The notes below the pieces were generated by a model. The model worked only from the letters and a program-made list of their open reading frames with translations, ran no database searches and was not told the origin of the DNA. A stretch of DNA of 63,991 nucleotides, filler included, from Stramenopiles sp. TOSAG23-3 (lineage: Eukaryota), in assembly GCA_900128585.1 (NCBI GenBank). It is 5 parts of 5 records of this genome, joined end to end, with 100 filler letters (N's around TTAATTAATTAA, not from the genome) between each part and the next. Parts side by side here need not be neighbours in the genome. Positions count along the whole stretch, not along the records: positions 13,087 to 26,069 come from LT642653.1; positions 26,170 to 39,118 come from LT642654.1; 3 more parts are not named here. One strand, written 5' to 3'. The position numbers and the translations under genes are program-made. Below are positions 20,601 through 30,364 of the stretch, in pieces (position 1 is the first letter of the stretch; every line of letters starts with the position of its first letter).

Positions 20601-22194
20601 ACCCAAGGATAAATGTTTTCCATTCTTCAGCTGTTTCTGCATGTTGCTTCTTATAGGCTATCTCTTTTTGTTCTCCGAACCTCTTTAGGGATCCCGACGA
20701 ATGCAAGAATTTTCTTATGTTCTTTGGGATAACTTCGTTGTGATGAAAATCAGTACACCGCAACTGCGCTTCATAATCTCTTTGTTCCGACGAAGGGTTG
20801 CGGTTTTGGAGGACTTCCGCTAGGAACGTATCATCCCACGTGTCACATCCTCCAGTTGGAATTTTTACATCGCCGAAGGGAACAATACCCGTGTCCGATG
20901 CGGGTTTTTGTTTACACAGCAATGGTGTATTGCAGTCGTTACCCGCTCTTGGTGCAGATTTGTTTTTGCTGTATCGTTGCCTTATACATTGCCAAAACCT
21001 GGAGCACATAGGAGTACTTTTTTTAGTCTCGAAACGCGTATGGATAACGCCAGAGACGTTGTGGGAATTGTTGAGTTTTTCAGCATGAGCGTCTTCCTTC
21101 AGTCGGGAATATTCATAACCTTCTTCATCTCCTCCTGGATCTCCGCCTGCTGCTGGCTGTTTCTTCATCATCATGCTGTGACGCTTATATTCGTCTTTCA
21201 AAACGGGCGTAGTGTTGTTGGTAGTAGTACCGGTAGTAGTATTATTATCGTCGTCATCATCGTTCCGTAACCACCATGCTTGTGGGATTTTGGGCGCGGG
21301 GTTATAATCGAAATTTTGCTCTTCCTTTCGGAATCGGTTGGCTCGCTCATGATCATTTCTGGACGATTCTGATACATAAGCATCTACGTCAAACACGCCT
21401 GCAGTTGCATCAGTTTGTGGGAGTGCATCCCCAAGGCTGAAGTACGTATTGCGGTAGACCAAATTGCTCACATTTTTTCTTTCTTCTTCATCGGCGGGGA
21501 CGGCACCGTTGAAGATGTTCAAGTAATGAGCAAGTACGATCGCACCACTTGACGGAAGGGCGAAGCTTTTCGGCTGGGCGTGTACAGATCCAATTCTACT
21601 GAGAATTAGCAAGGTCACTTTAAATATTTTTTTCTTTTCTTTTTTGTCGTTTTTTAATTTTTTTCTTTCTTTTTTTTTTCCATTTGGGGGGGGGGGCGCT
21701 TGCAATGTTGCCAGGGAAGTTGCTGCTCCTAACACGGTAAGAAACAGAAATGCGAAGCCAATCTTCGGTTCAACGTTCGCGTAAACATTTGTTTTCACTG
21801 GGCTCATTTGATTGCTTATCTTTAAACCAGGGCTTGAAGCCTTACGGTTTTGATGAACCGGTTTTGCAGTGCTGCCCCGCGAGAACGGCAGAAGATCTTT
21901 GCTCGAAATGGTCTGCGCGCAAACTTCATCGCAGCGGCTTATGATCTCGCGTCTATTCCAACTGGGTCTACAACGAGAGTACTCCATGAGTGAAGCACTT
22001 CGGCTCATAGATTTCTCTGTGTTGAAGCACGTGAAAAGTTGCACGGTTTTCGAATGTACGGGAGCGCTTTTGGGCGTGAACGCGGCATGAGCGTAACGTT
22101 GCGCGCGCAGTGCCCATGGAGGGCCTATCAAGCTCGCATCGTAAGCATGGCTTAGGACACTTGCAGCAAGTGTTATCAATAACAATTTAAACAT
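17647..22194 (-). CDS. 1515-aa polyprotein-like protein: signal/TM segments - Ubl(GG) - dynamin-like GTPase plus helical region - Ubl(LRGG)
   Basis: 76-aa ubiquitin homologue at 20406-20179; G1 GASGAGKT (19737-19714), LPSG..HTT, LIDTIG (D-G at 19395-19384), VMTHGHD; second Ubl ending TLSEYG...KLRGG at 17683. Confidence 0.8.
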   Translation of the reverse strand: MFKLLLITLAASVLSHAYDASLIGPPWALRAQRYAHAAFTPKSAPVHSKTVQLFTCFNTEKSMSRSASLMEYSRCRPSWNRREIISRCDEVCAQTISSKDLLPFSRGSTAKPVHQNRKASSPGLKISNQMSPVKTNVYANVEPKIGFAFLFLTVLGAATSLATLQAPPPPNGKKKERKKLKNDKKEKKKIFKVTLLILSRIGSVHAQPKSFALPSSGAIVLAHYLNIFNGAVPADEEERKNVSNLVYRNTYFSLGDALPQTDATAGVFDVDAYVSESSRNDHERANRFRKEEQNFDYNPAPKIPQAWWLRNDDDDDNNTTTGTTTNNTTPVLKDEYKRHSMMMKKQPAAGGDPGGDEEGYEYSRLKEDAHAEKLNNSHNVSGVIHTRFETKKSTPMCSRFWQCIRQRYSKNKSAPRAGNDCNTPLLCKQKPASDTGIVPFGDVKIPTGGCDTWDDTFLAEVLQNRNPSSEQRDYEAQLRCTDFHHNEVIPKNIRKFLHSSGSLKRFGEQKEIAYKKQHAETAEEWKTFILGFGDIEDEQVKKELNVLDGLSPDGKRTLSLEDVIDLSNSREFYNGVKSHSASSRKTLLENERTTDTMQVLVRLGSGKTIALDICPEDTVFDVKQSIQDKEGYPPIGQWLTFEKKPLYDDQVVRKSGISPGSTIEHRARIVGGGRRVRDIVKATKNRAAKMKRTLKQKLHRLTAEPSDVPQEIDGRMKDYDVSPIPPTAPLADVFGPDADEKHGNAFLTILNEHRARTQQKNDGSAVVDETEAIAAEVMAKINFDKVVMNDHMIPLLDRLEAEAANVVKEIKSGATMHLIGASGAGKTMIVNSFMSVLLEGTSLMAFKLPSGEEHTTARKVSVTSRLDMSTNKTYLLIDGQCVEEVDFAKKVLLDKKVIVQKRTHQDEVDHHKAPLSIVVVNPASRRYLHATLIDTIGHMAFLEQECMEDSVSTLHRQRKDGVVGLCFNANNAQPPILSIAAYHPRENDQYISRICVMTHGHDQASERAKRTFLGANVSSKYGAERLVQVSTGNTQEILYEMECLTSQLLYRSISACQKLDERRKPLSLRARDEEGDLDLLADFLMKELKYRLYEEDMVNYVDYGDMAKAVISQTRMLMQENWTRRYEQARFQSQSLTRKPVDRARSICNTLIGETTDLSVRFLMENVFLPLVNERVDWIEKRVHLFTPQKSPLNSVEQGAIITAVTNGFETAATRARVVLLDAISTAQLQAALSVTNVSIPSQRDKVRLERSVKRLYNAAKKPFENVLTSRMRSWFDDFWHNAFNESTLELKRFAEEEDSIPKRMSFREPDPFEDLRGTDAQVFAKKKISADNIPVGHSGWQAEPNAEGSPGSPADENTVQKLKACECEPSCVETLSLNEKRQLINAADFGVVTFSNLVGKLGISHAQGMKQAFQWACQQQRWCSVVLDGKELLQCDPTTTTVSKVYSRMEPEKRLSQLELKIPNSNPKILSLQSHGNLTLSEYGCCDRFIFSDLSEKPKLRGGSLFGCHGKVAA

Positions 22195-23407
22195 GTGTGT
22201 GGGTTGGTTAGGTTTAGGTTTGACGATTTGACGATTGATTGGTTATTCTACTAACGGCTTTCTTTCGTTTTTACATGAAGTTTTTACATGTATTTTGATT
22301 TCAGTAGTTAAATACTATTACTTTCGCGGTGTGGGTTTGGTTGTGTGTTTGCATTTGTTTTTTTTTCGCGCAAAAAAATTATTAATGCTATACTAGCAAG
22401 GTGTACCTGGTATTAGATTAGTACAGGTACCGATACTTCGTATATTTTGTTGTCCTCGACGATTATACGGTATTACTTGGTAATACAGGTAGGGCAATAC
22501 TCGGATATTTTTGATGCTGTGTTCCTTTATATGTCAATTGATCTGAAACATATTTTTTGCGCGCTAATTGTGATTGATGTTGTATGCTGTATACCTGTAA
22601 ATTGTTATGTGAAATAATAATTTCCTTGCGACACACGCCTCATACTGTACTACTACGACAGTACAGGAACAAATTCGCACAATTTTTTTGTGTTTGCTCG
22701 CACAATTTTTTTGTGTTTGTTGCAGCACAAATAATTTGGGTTATAAAATTATATTTATTAGTTTGACTACTTGGACTACGAGGATTACTACAAATTATAA
22801 TAGCTTGTAGACGACTAATTCAATACCAAAAGCTCAGGCAGCTGGTAAAAAATATTACTAGGCGACTATTATACTATTCTTTGGAAATAAATTAGTCCTT
22901 GTACCAAAATTAATAGACGATAATAGAGCGTATTATTGCTACTATAAATAATACAGTATACGGTACGAACTGAGAGTAATATTTTTATTATTTACACCTG
23001 GGTACCAAATAATAATACTGAACGAATAATCGTCTTCTCTCTTCTCTCTCTACATGTATTTAAAATGTTCCGCGCCAGTAGTAATTAGTCTAATACTAGT
23101 CCGTGGATTACTACCAACAAGGTACAGGTACCGTACCAGGTATTATACCTGTACCAGGTACCGAGGTACCGTAATACGAGGAGTAGTACAGTAGACCCAA
23201 AAAATATATTTTTTTATTAAAAAAAAAATTATTGTTGTTGTTTTTTTGTTGTTGTCTGTCGTCGTCGTCGTCGTCGTCTAGCGGCGTACGTCTAGTATGA
23301 CATAAATAAGCAATTTTAAATTATATTTTTTACCTAACTGGATTCCGTCCAATAATCCAATCAAACACACAAAGTTTAACAAATCTAACATCGCGCATAT
23401 ACAAGAA

Positions 23408-24304
23408 ATGCCCCCTAAATTCCAACGAAGGGTTTTTCAACCCCCAGGAAAAGAAGAAGCTTCATTATCGGCTAAAACCTACGCCCAAGTTGTCAGGAAT
23501 GTCCTGAACACCACCTCCCCTAGTGCGGCGCAGCCTTTGGCCGAACACGCTTCTGCCGTGCTACAAAGAAAAGGCTATGAAACACCAACCGATCCCGCTC
23601 TTTTATCCATGTCTTCCCCATCAGCTTTGATGAGGGTTAAAAATCTGAAAAACAGAGGAGATGGTTTTAGTCCAGATGACGAAAAGAAGTACATTTATGA
23701 ATACGTTCCTAAATTGAACTCAACCAAGGAAACAACCTTCAGTCAACAGGTAGCTGCCCGCCCAGTCCCGCGTCAGTGGGCGCGAAAGAAGCATAAAAGG
23801 AAAAAGCGCGTACGGCTTCAACACTTGCATTCTCGTAAAACAAAAGACACAAAAAGAAAACAAAATATCGATGATTATGAAGCTATGAAGGAAGCAAAAA
23901 GGCTGAACGAGGCAAGCAGCCTGGAAGATACAACTTCAACGTCCTCCACTCTTTGTGCGTGTAGTTTTATCCTACTGCAGATAGGTGCATCGAACCAACA
24001 ACCTCCAATTCAAATGGTTACCGAAGCAAAGTTTTCAGCTGAGCTGGTTTATCACAATACGCTGAAGGTATGCATCAGAGACCCAACAGTACTCATGAGT
24101 AAAATATTTGACGCTGTGTTTCTTTTCTTCCCTGAGGATCGGAAAAAGTTTAATTGTTTTCTTGGAATTAAAGAGCTCTTACATTCAACAACACGCGTTA
24201 CGGTAGAGAACTTAGGGTTAAATTCAGGCCAAATGCTGAAATTGAAGCGACAATATCGCAACGGATTACCAGGGGGAGGAACACCATGGTCTAAGCTCGC
24301 TTAA
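23408..24304 (+). CDS. Basic hypothetical protein with C-terminal ubiquitin-like domain ending LPGG
   Basis: LMSKIFDA...F...KEL...TVENLGLNSGQMLKL...GLPGG resembles a beta-grasp Ubl; 8-aa tail after the first GG. Confidence 0.6.
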   Translation: MPPKFQRRVFQPPGKEEASLSAKTYAQVVRNVLNTTSPSAAQPLAEHASAVLQRKGYETPTDPALLSMSSPSALMRVKNLKNRGDGFSPDDEKKYIYEYVPKLNSTKETTFSQQVAARPVPRQWARKKHKRKKRVRLQHLHSRKTKDTKRKQNIDDYEAMKEAKRLNEASSLEDTTSTSSTLCACSFILLQIGASNQQPPIQMVTEAKFSAELVYHNTLKVCIRDPTVLMSKIFDAVFLFFPEDRKKFNCFLGIKELLHSTTRVTVENLGLNSGQMLKLKRQYRNGLPGGGTPWSKLA

Positions 24305-24444
24305 TTAAGGAAGTAAAACTTTACTGGACATAAGGAGCAGAAATAAATTCGCGGTACATGAAGTAAATTTTTACAATAGACCTCTTTCCTCTAACAACAT
24401 TAGTCAAAAAACCAAAATATATAGTATGTTTTAAGACTCTCATT

Positions 24445-25431
24445 TTAAATCCAATAGTCATATGCATAATCTATGTAATGTGTACCGCTGTCCTGATGCA
24501 TTTTACGTTTTTTCTTGTTCCTTTCATTTGGAATCATTTTCCTTTCGTCTGTTTTCCCCCATTCCTCAGTCGATCCAGGAGTTTCGTCATCATTCGGCTC
24601 CCCGGGTTGGCCACTGTCTTGCGAGGTGTCACAATGTTCCAAAAACCCATCTTCCGGAGTCTCGTCTAAGCTCTGGTATAATCTGTCACGGAGCCCGCAG
24701 TATTTCGATTTCAGCTTTTCCAAGCTGTCACGGAGATTGTCGATTTCCAATTCGTACCGCTGCTTTTCCGATGCGAGCCTCTCCTTTTCCAATTCGCAAC
24801 CTAACGAGCACACGTTGCTCTTGTTTTCATCATCTACATTCATCTCATTATAAAAGCTGCCATGGATATTGTCGAACGAGCACACGTTGCTCATGTTTTC
24901 ATCATCTATATTCATCTTATTATATTGTTCCGACAGCGAGCACACGTCTTCTTTGAAAACAAATTGCAGCTCTTCCGATTTAAAGTTTGCGCCTTTCAAG
25001 CCACCATGGGTCGACGCGTTTTCCTCTTGCTGCTCTTTTGCCCCCAAATCCCACTTCTTGTAAACCACATCTGTGGCTACTTCCGCAAAAAAATGTTTCT
25101 CTAATCTCTCCTTTTTGTCTGTTCCACTTCCACCGCCCGGTGCAAAATAATCGTATTTGCGGTGTTTATGGGCGCGGCGAATAGCTTTATCCATATCATG
25201 GTACTCCTTTGCTTTATACTGTGTGCGTCCTTGTTCATCCTTATATTCCTCATCTTTGAAGTTCTTAAATTCAAGTTTACGATTAGCACAATCAATTTCA
25301 ACAATTTCATTTCGGATTCTTCCACATTCCAAAACAGTCTGGGAATGGTGGTACTTTTTTGTTTGTATGTCCACAGCTTCCTGCACCATCTCCCACTTTT
25401 CCGGGGAGACACCTTCCCAGTTCTTTATCAT
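24445..25431 (-). CDS. Charged hypothetical protein with internal repeats (YNxMNxDDENxSNVCS) and coiled coil
   Basis: 328-aa ORF; ~72-nt duplication at ~24804-24925; no family recognised. Confidence 0.5.
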   Translation of the reverse strand: MIKNWEGVSPEKWEMVQEAVDIQTKKYHHSQTVLECGRIRNEIVEIDCANRKLEFKNFKDEEYKDEQGRTQYKAKEYHDMDKAIRRAHKHRKYDYFAPGGGSGTDKKERLEKHFFAEVATDVVYKKWDLGAKEQQEENASTHGGLKGANFKSEELQFVFKEDVCSLSEQYNKMNIDDENMSNVCSFDNIHGSFYNEMNVDDENKSNVCSLGCELEKERLASEKQRYELEIDNLRDSLEKLKSKYCGLRDRLYQSLDETPEDGFLEHCDTSQDSGQPGEPNDDETPGSTEEWGKTDERKMIPNERNKKKRKMHQDSGTHYIDYAYDYWI

Positions 25432-26069
25432 GCCTTTGGCTTCGCAGTTGATAAGTTTATCCCACTGCTACCGGAGGGTTTTGCGGTATGATTTCTTTGC
25501 GGTAAAGAGAGGGAATTATTCACCTGTGTAAAAAACAAGCAATAGCAGTTTCAAATGTAGATTCACCCTTAGTATGCCACAAGATTTTTCAAGTCAATTA
25601 TACTTGAGTAAGAATTTCTGTTCCTTTTCTTTCCACGAAGAGAAAAAGAAGTGCGTATCGTAAGAGTACTTCAATTCTATGATTATGATGATTGATGTTA
25701 TTTATTATAAATACGACGATGATGATTTTTTTGGATTTTTAATGATGATGATGATGATGTTGTATGTTATTAAGAAGAGAAGAAACTATTTTTGGGTATA
25801 TAATTTTAGTTCTAGCTAGAATACCACCAGGTATTATAACAGCAGGAATAGTAGTCGTCTAATTACTATTAGTGTAACTAATAAAAAAAAATCGGAAAAA
25901 AGAACGAAGTCCAGCGTAATAATAGTAGCTAGTAATATTTGAGACTAGAAATACTATGAAATTAGGACTCCTCGAATTAATAGACTTTATTTGACTATAG
26001 TAGTAGTACTATATATTTCCGTAGTAAAAAAGCAAAGAAAACGAAGGGAACTGAACTACCGGTACGATA

Positions 26070-26169
26070 NNNNNNNNNNNNNNNNNNNNNNNNNNNNNNN
26101 NNNNNNNNNNNNNTTAATTAATTAANNNNNNNNNNNNNNNNNNNNNNNNNNNNNNNNNNNNNNNNNNNN
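26070..26169. other. Artificial contig linker
   Basis: N44-TTAATTAATTAA-N44. Confidence 0.97.
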
Positions 26170-26603
26170 TCAACTTCCTCATCCGATATCTCACTCAGAG
26201 ATAAATCAACCCTTGTACCATCTTCCAAGCAGCGGCTTAATTGTTTTTTAGGTGCTCGTTGTCTGACTTTGAAATCGGTCAAGGGGTTTTTATCTGTGGG
26301 TTGAGATGTCGGGGGAGGGTCGTTTGCGATATTTTTGATCTGCGGTGCAATAGCCGAGGTTCGTTGGCGAGCCCGTTGGAACCTCGTCCTGCTGGCAACG
26401 CTCTGATTCTCTGTGACATCATCCGAGGATATCACTACTAGGGTCGGGGCAATGCTGAGTTGCTGACTGCTGGATTGTTCACTGCTGTATTGCAATTCGG
26501 TGTCAGAGGCCGAGTCTGGGCTGTCCGGAGCCGGGAATCGGGCCAGGGTGTGGGGGTACCGGGTAGGGGGCGCTATTTTGGCTGCTTCAGTGGCATAGTC
26601 CAT
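26170..26603 (-). CDS. N-terminal fragment of a disordered Ser/Pro-rich protein running off the contig edge
   Basis: ATG at 26603, frame open to the linker. Confidence 0.4.
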
Positions 26604-27235
26604 AGGCAGAGCCGTTGGGAGATAGGCACGGAATTAAGACGAGAAAAAGAACACAACGTCGAGGGAACATTATAATTATGACCCTAACCAGTCAAGAGGT
26701 TTCATTGTAGTTTATTAAACAGTTCTACACCGCGTTAGTAAGTACCTTCAGAATTGGGGTATTTACAACTTTAAAATTAAAGAAAAACAGTAGGATGTTT
26801 CTTTTTCTGAGAGTGAAAATATGTTCCATATTGTGTGTATAATTATTATACTATTTTACTGAACTTACTTTTTTTTAGCTAATCATCAGAAAAGGTCTTG
26901 ATTACGAATGACAATATGGAGACAATCCTTTTGTTTCTCTTTGTTTTGTAACTGCATATTTATTTACCAAAAAAACCTTATTTTGGTCGTCAGAGTTTTA
27001 GAGCAAACAAATCTTCTGTTTTCGACTTCTTTCCTCCTCTCTCGATACGAGGAGTATACACAGTATTGGTTAATAAGATACAAATAGCATTGATTAATTT
27101 TCAAGTGATTCTAAGCTCGGGCCTCCCTATTTGGATATTTAGACTCGGCGGGTGCTTCCAGGCCCGTTCCAGGCACCGGCCTTGCAAATCCCAGAATTTT
27201 CAGTTTGAGCTCCTCTGATGGCTGCATATATTTTC

Positions 27236-28639
27236 TTATTTTTTCGCCTTCTTGCCTTCACTGCCAAAAGCTTCAATGTTAACGTCATCTTGCGTCTCAG
27301 GAGCAGGCATGTTTGCAACGAAATCACACTTTCCGTCACTTTCATAAACAAGCACAAAACCATTTTTAGCATTATTCTTTGATTCTGATCCATCTCTTGG
27401 GAAGACGGGCTCTATTGCCGTTCGGATGATATCCTCAGAAATAGTCGTTAAGAGCATTTTTGATATTGCAGGCGTAGCGTTGACCTCTTGCAACCATACT
27501 TTGCAGGAAGAATCGACAATCATATCAAAACCGAAGAACATGAAAGAGTGGTAATCGTCAATATCGTCAATACTTTCCATAATTGGCTTAGCTGCGACGA
27601 AAACCTCCTTTACAATAGAATGTATCTGTTTCTTGATCGTTTCTTCAAAACGCACACCCTTTTCTTCCTGAAGGAACGAAGAAAATTCTGAAAACAATAT
27701 TTCGTTGGCTTCCTCATGTTTCCCGAAATCTTTGTGTTCAGACTGGATGCTGTGGTTGGTCATGTGAATATAACGATTCCGTAAATCACTCATGTCGAAC
27801 GTGCAAGAGCTAGTGCGAAGGACGCCCTCCTCGTGTACATACACCTTGTAATCATGGCTCAGAAGAACCCATACACGTATATCAAATTTGCGATCTCCAG
27901 ATATTAATAGCGGGCTACTAATATATTTCTGTGCAACCCATGGCGAGCTGCCTTCGGGTTGAGAATCGATATGGTCCAGTATTTCAGCTCTAGACGAACT
28001 TAAAAAAATACCATTTCCATGGGCCTCATTACTAGGCTTCACAATCCATACAGATTCTCTACTCTCACAATAAGTTTCAAAAGCACTCCTCTGGCTCACA
28101 TCATCACGACCGGGCCAGAAAAGAAACGATTCGGGAAGAAATTGATCGACGTTATTATCCCGGAAGTGCTTTTGTAAGGTTTGTGTCATCATCACCTTAT
28201 TTGTAATAGTTTTGCAGTTGCGATTATAATTAACAAGTGGTTTAATGCCGTAGTCATAACGAAATACTTGGCTGAACCGTTTGAATGGGATACCACTCCC
28301 TCCAGCTTCTCCGAATACCATATGAAAACGCCCAGCAGTACTTCGCTTTCGTTTCCAACCACCTTGGCGAGCAAGAAGCCGTGCAACCTGACTGTAAACA
28401 CTACCAAGTTTTCCGTTATTGTTCAGGACTACACATATTCGGTCAGGCTCTTGATGTTCATACTTTCGTTCTGCGTTTTCTTTTAGATCAGAGCGAGATG
28501 TGATATCAGCCATCGTTAAGCCGCATTTGTTGGGGTCGACGGCTTTCGCGTTTGCCCCATCCCAAACAGGGGCTTCCCCAGTAGCACGACTAGTTGCAGC
28601 AGTTTTGATGGGAACGTTAGTCCACGCGGGCTCCGACAT
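27236..28639 (-). CDS. TTL: Tubulin-tyrosine ligase
   Basis: WIVKP..AHGNGI, QKYISSPLL, RKFDIRVWVL, GVLRTSS, HMTNHSIQ...FGKHEEANE, FGFDMIVD and EVN motifs. Confidence 0.9.
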   Translation of the reverse strand: MSEPAWTNVPIKTAATSRATGEAPVWDGANAKAVDPNKCGLTMADITSRSDLKENAERKYEHQEPDRICVVLNNNGKLGSVYSQVARLLARQGGWKRKRSTAGRFHMVFGEAGGSGIPFKRFSQVFRYDYGIKPLVNYNRNCKTITNKVMMTQTLQKHFRDNNVDQFLPESFLFWPGRDDVSQRSAFETYCESRESVWIVKPSNEAHGNGIFLSSSRAEILDHIDSQPEGSSPWVAQKYISSPLLISGDRKFDIRVWVLLSHDYKVYVHEEGVLRTSSCTFDMSDLRNRYIHMTNHSIQSEHKDFGKHEEANEILFSEFSSFLQEEKGVRFEETIKKQIHSIVKEVFVAAKPIMESIDDIDDYHSFMFFGFDMIVDSSCKVWLQEVNATPAISKMLLTTISEDIIRTAIEPVFPRDGSESKNNAKNGFVLVYESDGKCDFVANMPAPETQDDVNIEAFGSEGKKAKK

Positions 28640-29215
28640 GACTCACTTGAAGACGTTTAGGAAAAGCCGGGTTAAATGAAAGGGGATATTAAAATCGATG
28701 AATTTAGAGATTGGGTCTAAACGTATGTAAGTCGTGCTCTTTGTAGTGGAGATGCGTTGTTCGCGTTTTCGCGTTCGTGTTTAAAGTCTTACTTCAACGA
28801 ATACTGTCAAATAATTTCGAAAAAAGTACAAGTAATGCTCTCATTTTTTTCAACTTGTTGTGGTTGTAGTAGTAGTGTCTATTTGATTCTACTCTACAGT
28901 AGTATTAATAACATATTAGAAAGAAAATTAAAAAAAGAAATTCAAAAATTATTCAAAAAACTAAAACAGAAAAAAACGAATTTTCAATATTTAAGGTATT
29001 AAGATGCAAAGAATAAATAAAAAAATAGGGAGGAATCAGAGCATCATTTAAAACAATCGCTTTTCAACGAAACAAAGTTCAGTACAATATAAGACAGTAA
29101 AATTATCTTTTAATTTGAACTTACATACAGTATTTTCATTATTTATCACTTCCTCAGACACTGTTGTCTCGGTGGTGTTTTTCTTTATTTTTAATTGCCT
29201 GGCGTATCAGCTTGT

Positions 29216-29459
29216 TAGGGCTCGACAAGATAAGCCACAATTAAGGATATGTCCCTCCGGGATAACGGTGAGACCCTTCGACATAATAAGGCCGTTCTGT
29301 AGTAATTTATATTTTGTCTCTTCGCGATAAATTAATAATAACGATTAATATAATAAAAAACTAAATTCGCGAAGCGACAAAGTAAACCTCCCGAGGTGAC
29401 ACAGCATATAAAAACCGAAGGGATGTGTCCTTAATCGTGTCTTATTTTGTCCAGCCCTA
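29216..29459. mobile_element. MITE (244 bp) with ~45-bp imperfect TIRs, hAT-like TAGGGCT termini
   Basis: Left TAGGGCTCGACAAGATAAGCCACAATTAAGGATATGTCCCTCCGG versus right reverse-complement TAGGGCTGGACAAAATAAGACACGATTAAGGACACATCCCTTCGG. Confidence 0.8.
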
Positions 29460-30364
29460 GTATCTGTGTATTAATACGAGTCTAATACAATACGTTCACA
29501 ATGAGCCTCCATGAAGATGGAATTAAAATTTTCTCATCAATGTGGTGATCATTTGATACAGTATGAATTTTTATTTTGAAAAACTTTTTGTTGATTTGTT
29601 GATTTTTTTTTGTGGAAGAATTTTATAATTTTCATATTACAGTGTACATCAAATGACCATCATTTATACTTTAAAGGGAAATTAGAAAAGGTGAAAAAAA
29701 TTATTTCACAAAATATGAAGTTTTATGCACCAATAGTAACTCAGGAAACCATGAGCAAAATAGCACGAAGCTTCATCGTAATCGGAGCGTAGCGCATTTT
29801 AACCATAAGTAGTACAAATTTCCAAAACTTTTTTATCATCACCGCTTTTTACCAAGGACACCTTAAATCAGCAGGATCATCCGTGCCAGAGGTTCTTTTA
29901 TTGAATGATGTGCCGATGGTTGGATTAAGGAAATATCAATTAACTACATAATAAATAAAAATTTGGTCATAGCCAATTTGTTATTTTTTGTTTGTTTCAA
30001 AAGTTACAGAGTAGTATAATATGCTGTGTTAATTATAGAACAAAATAAGAAACTAGCAGTGCTGTGTGTATGTATTAAATCCTTTTTTTGTTACATTCGT
30101 TTTTGGGACTCTATTATTTTAATTTATCGATGACGCCAAAAAAAGAAGATGAACAACCGAGATTAGAAGAGAAGAAAATTCGCTCCTTACACAAATATTT
30201 TTACCATCCAAGAAAGTGACGACTTCATTTCAACATTGAAATTCAGAGAGCATGAGTTCCAGCCCATTACAACAACTAAGAGCAAAACTTAAGACGAAGG
30301 GCCTACCACCAACATTAGAAAAATAAAATCTCCACCCCACGTTTGATACACAAACGAATTTACA

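Noticed and set aside
27115-27225. GC-rich hairpin-like stretch after the TTL stop (SECIS or snRNA?)
   Set aside because: No SECIS core, no in-frame TGA in TTL, no snRNA signature
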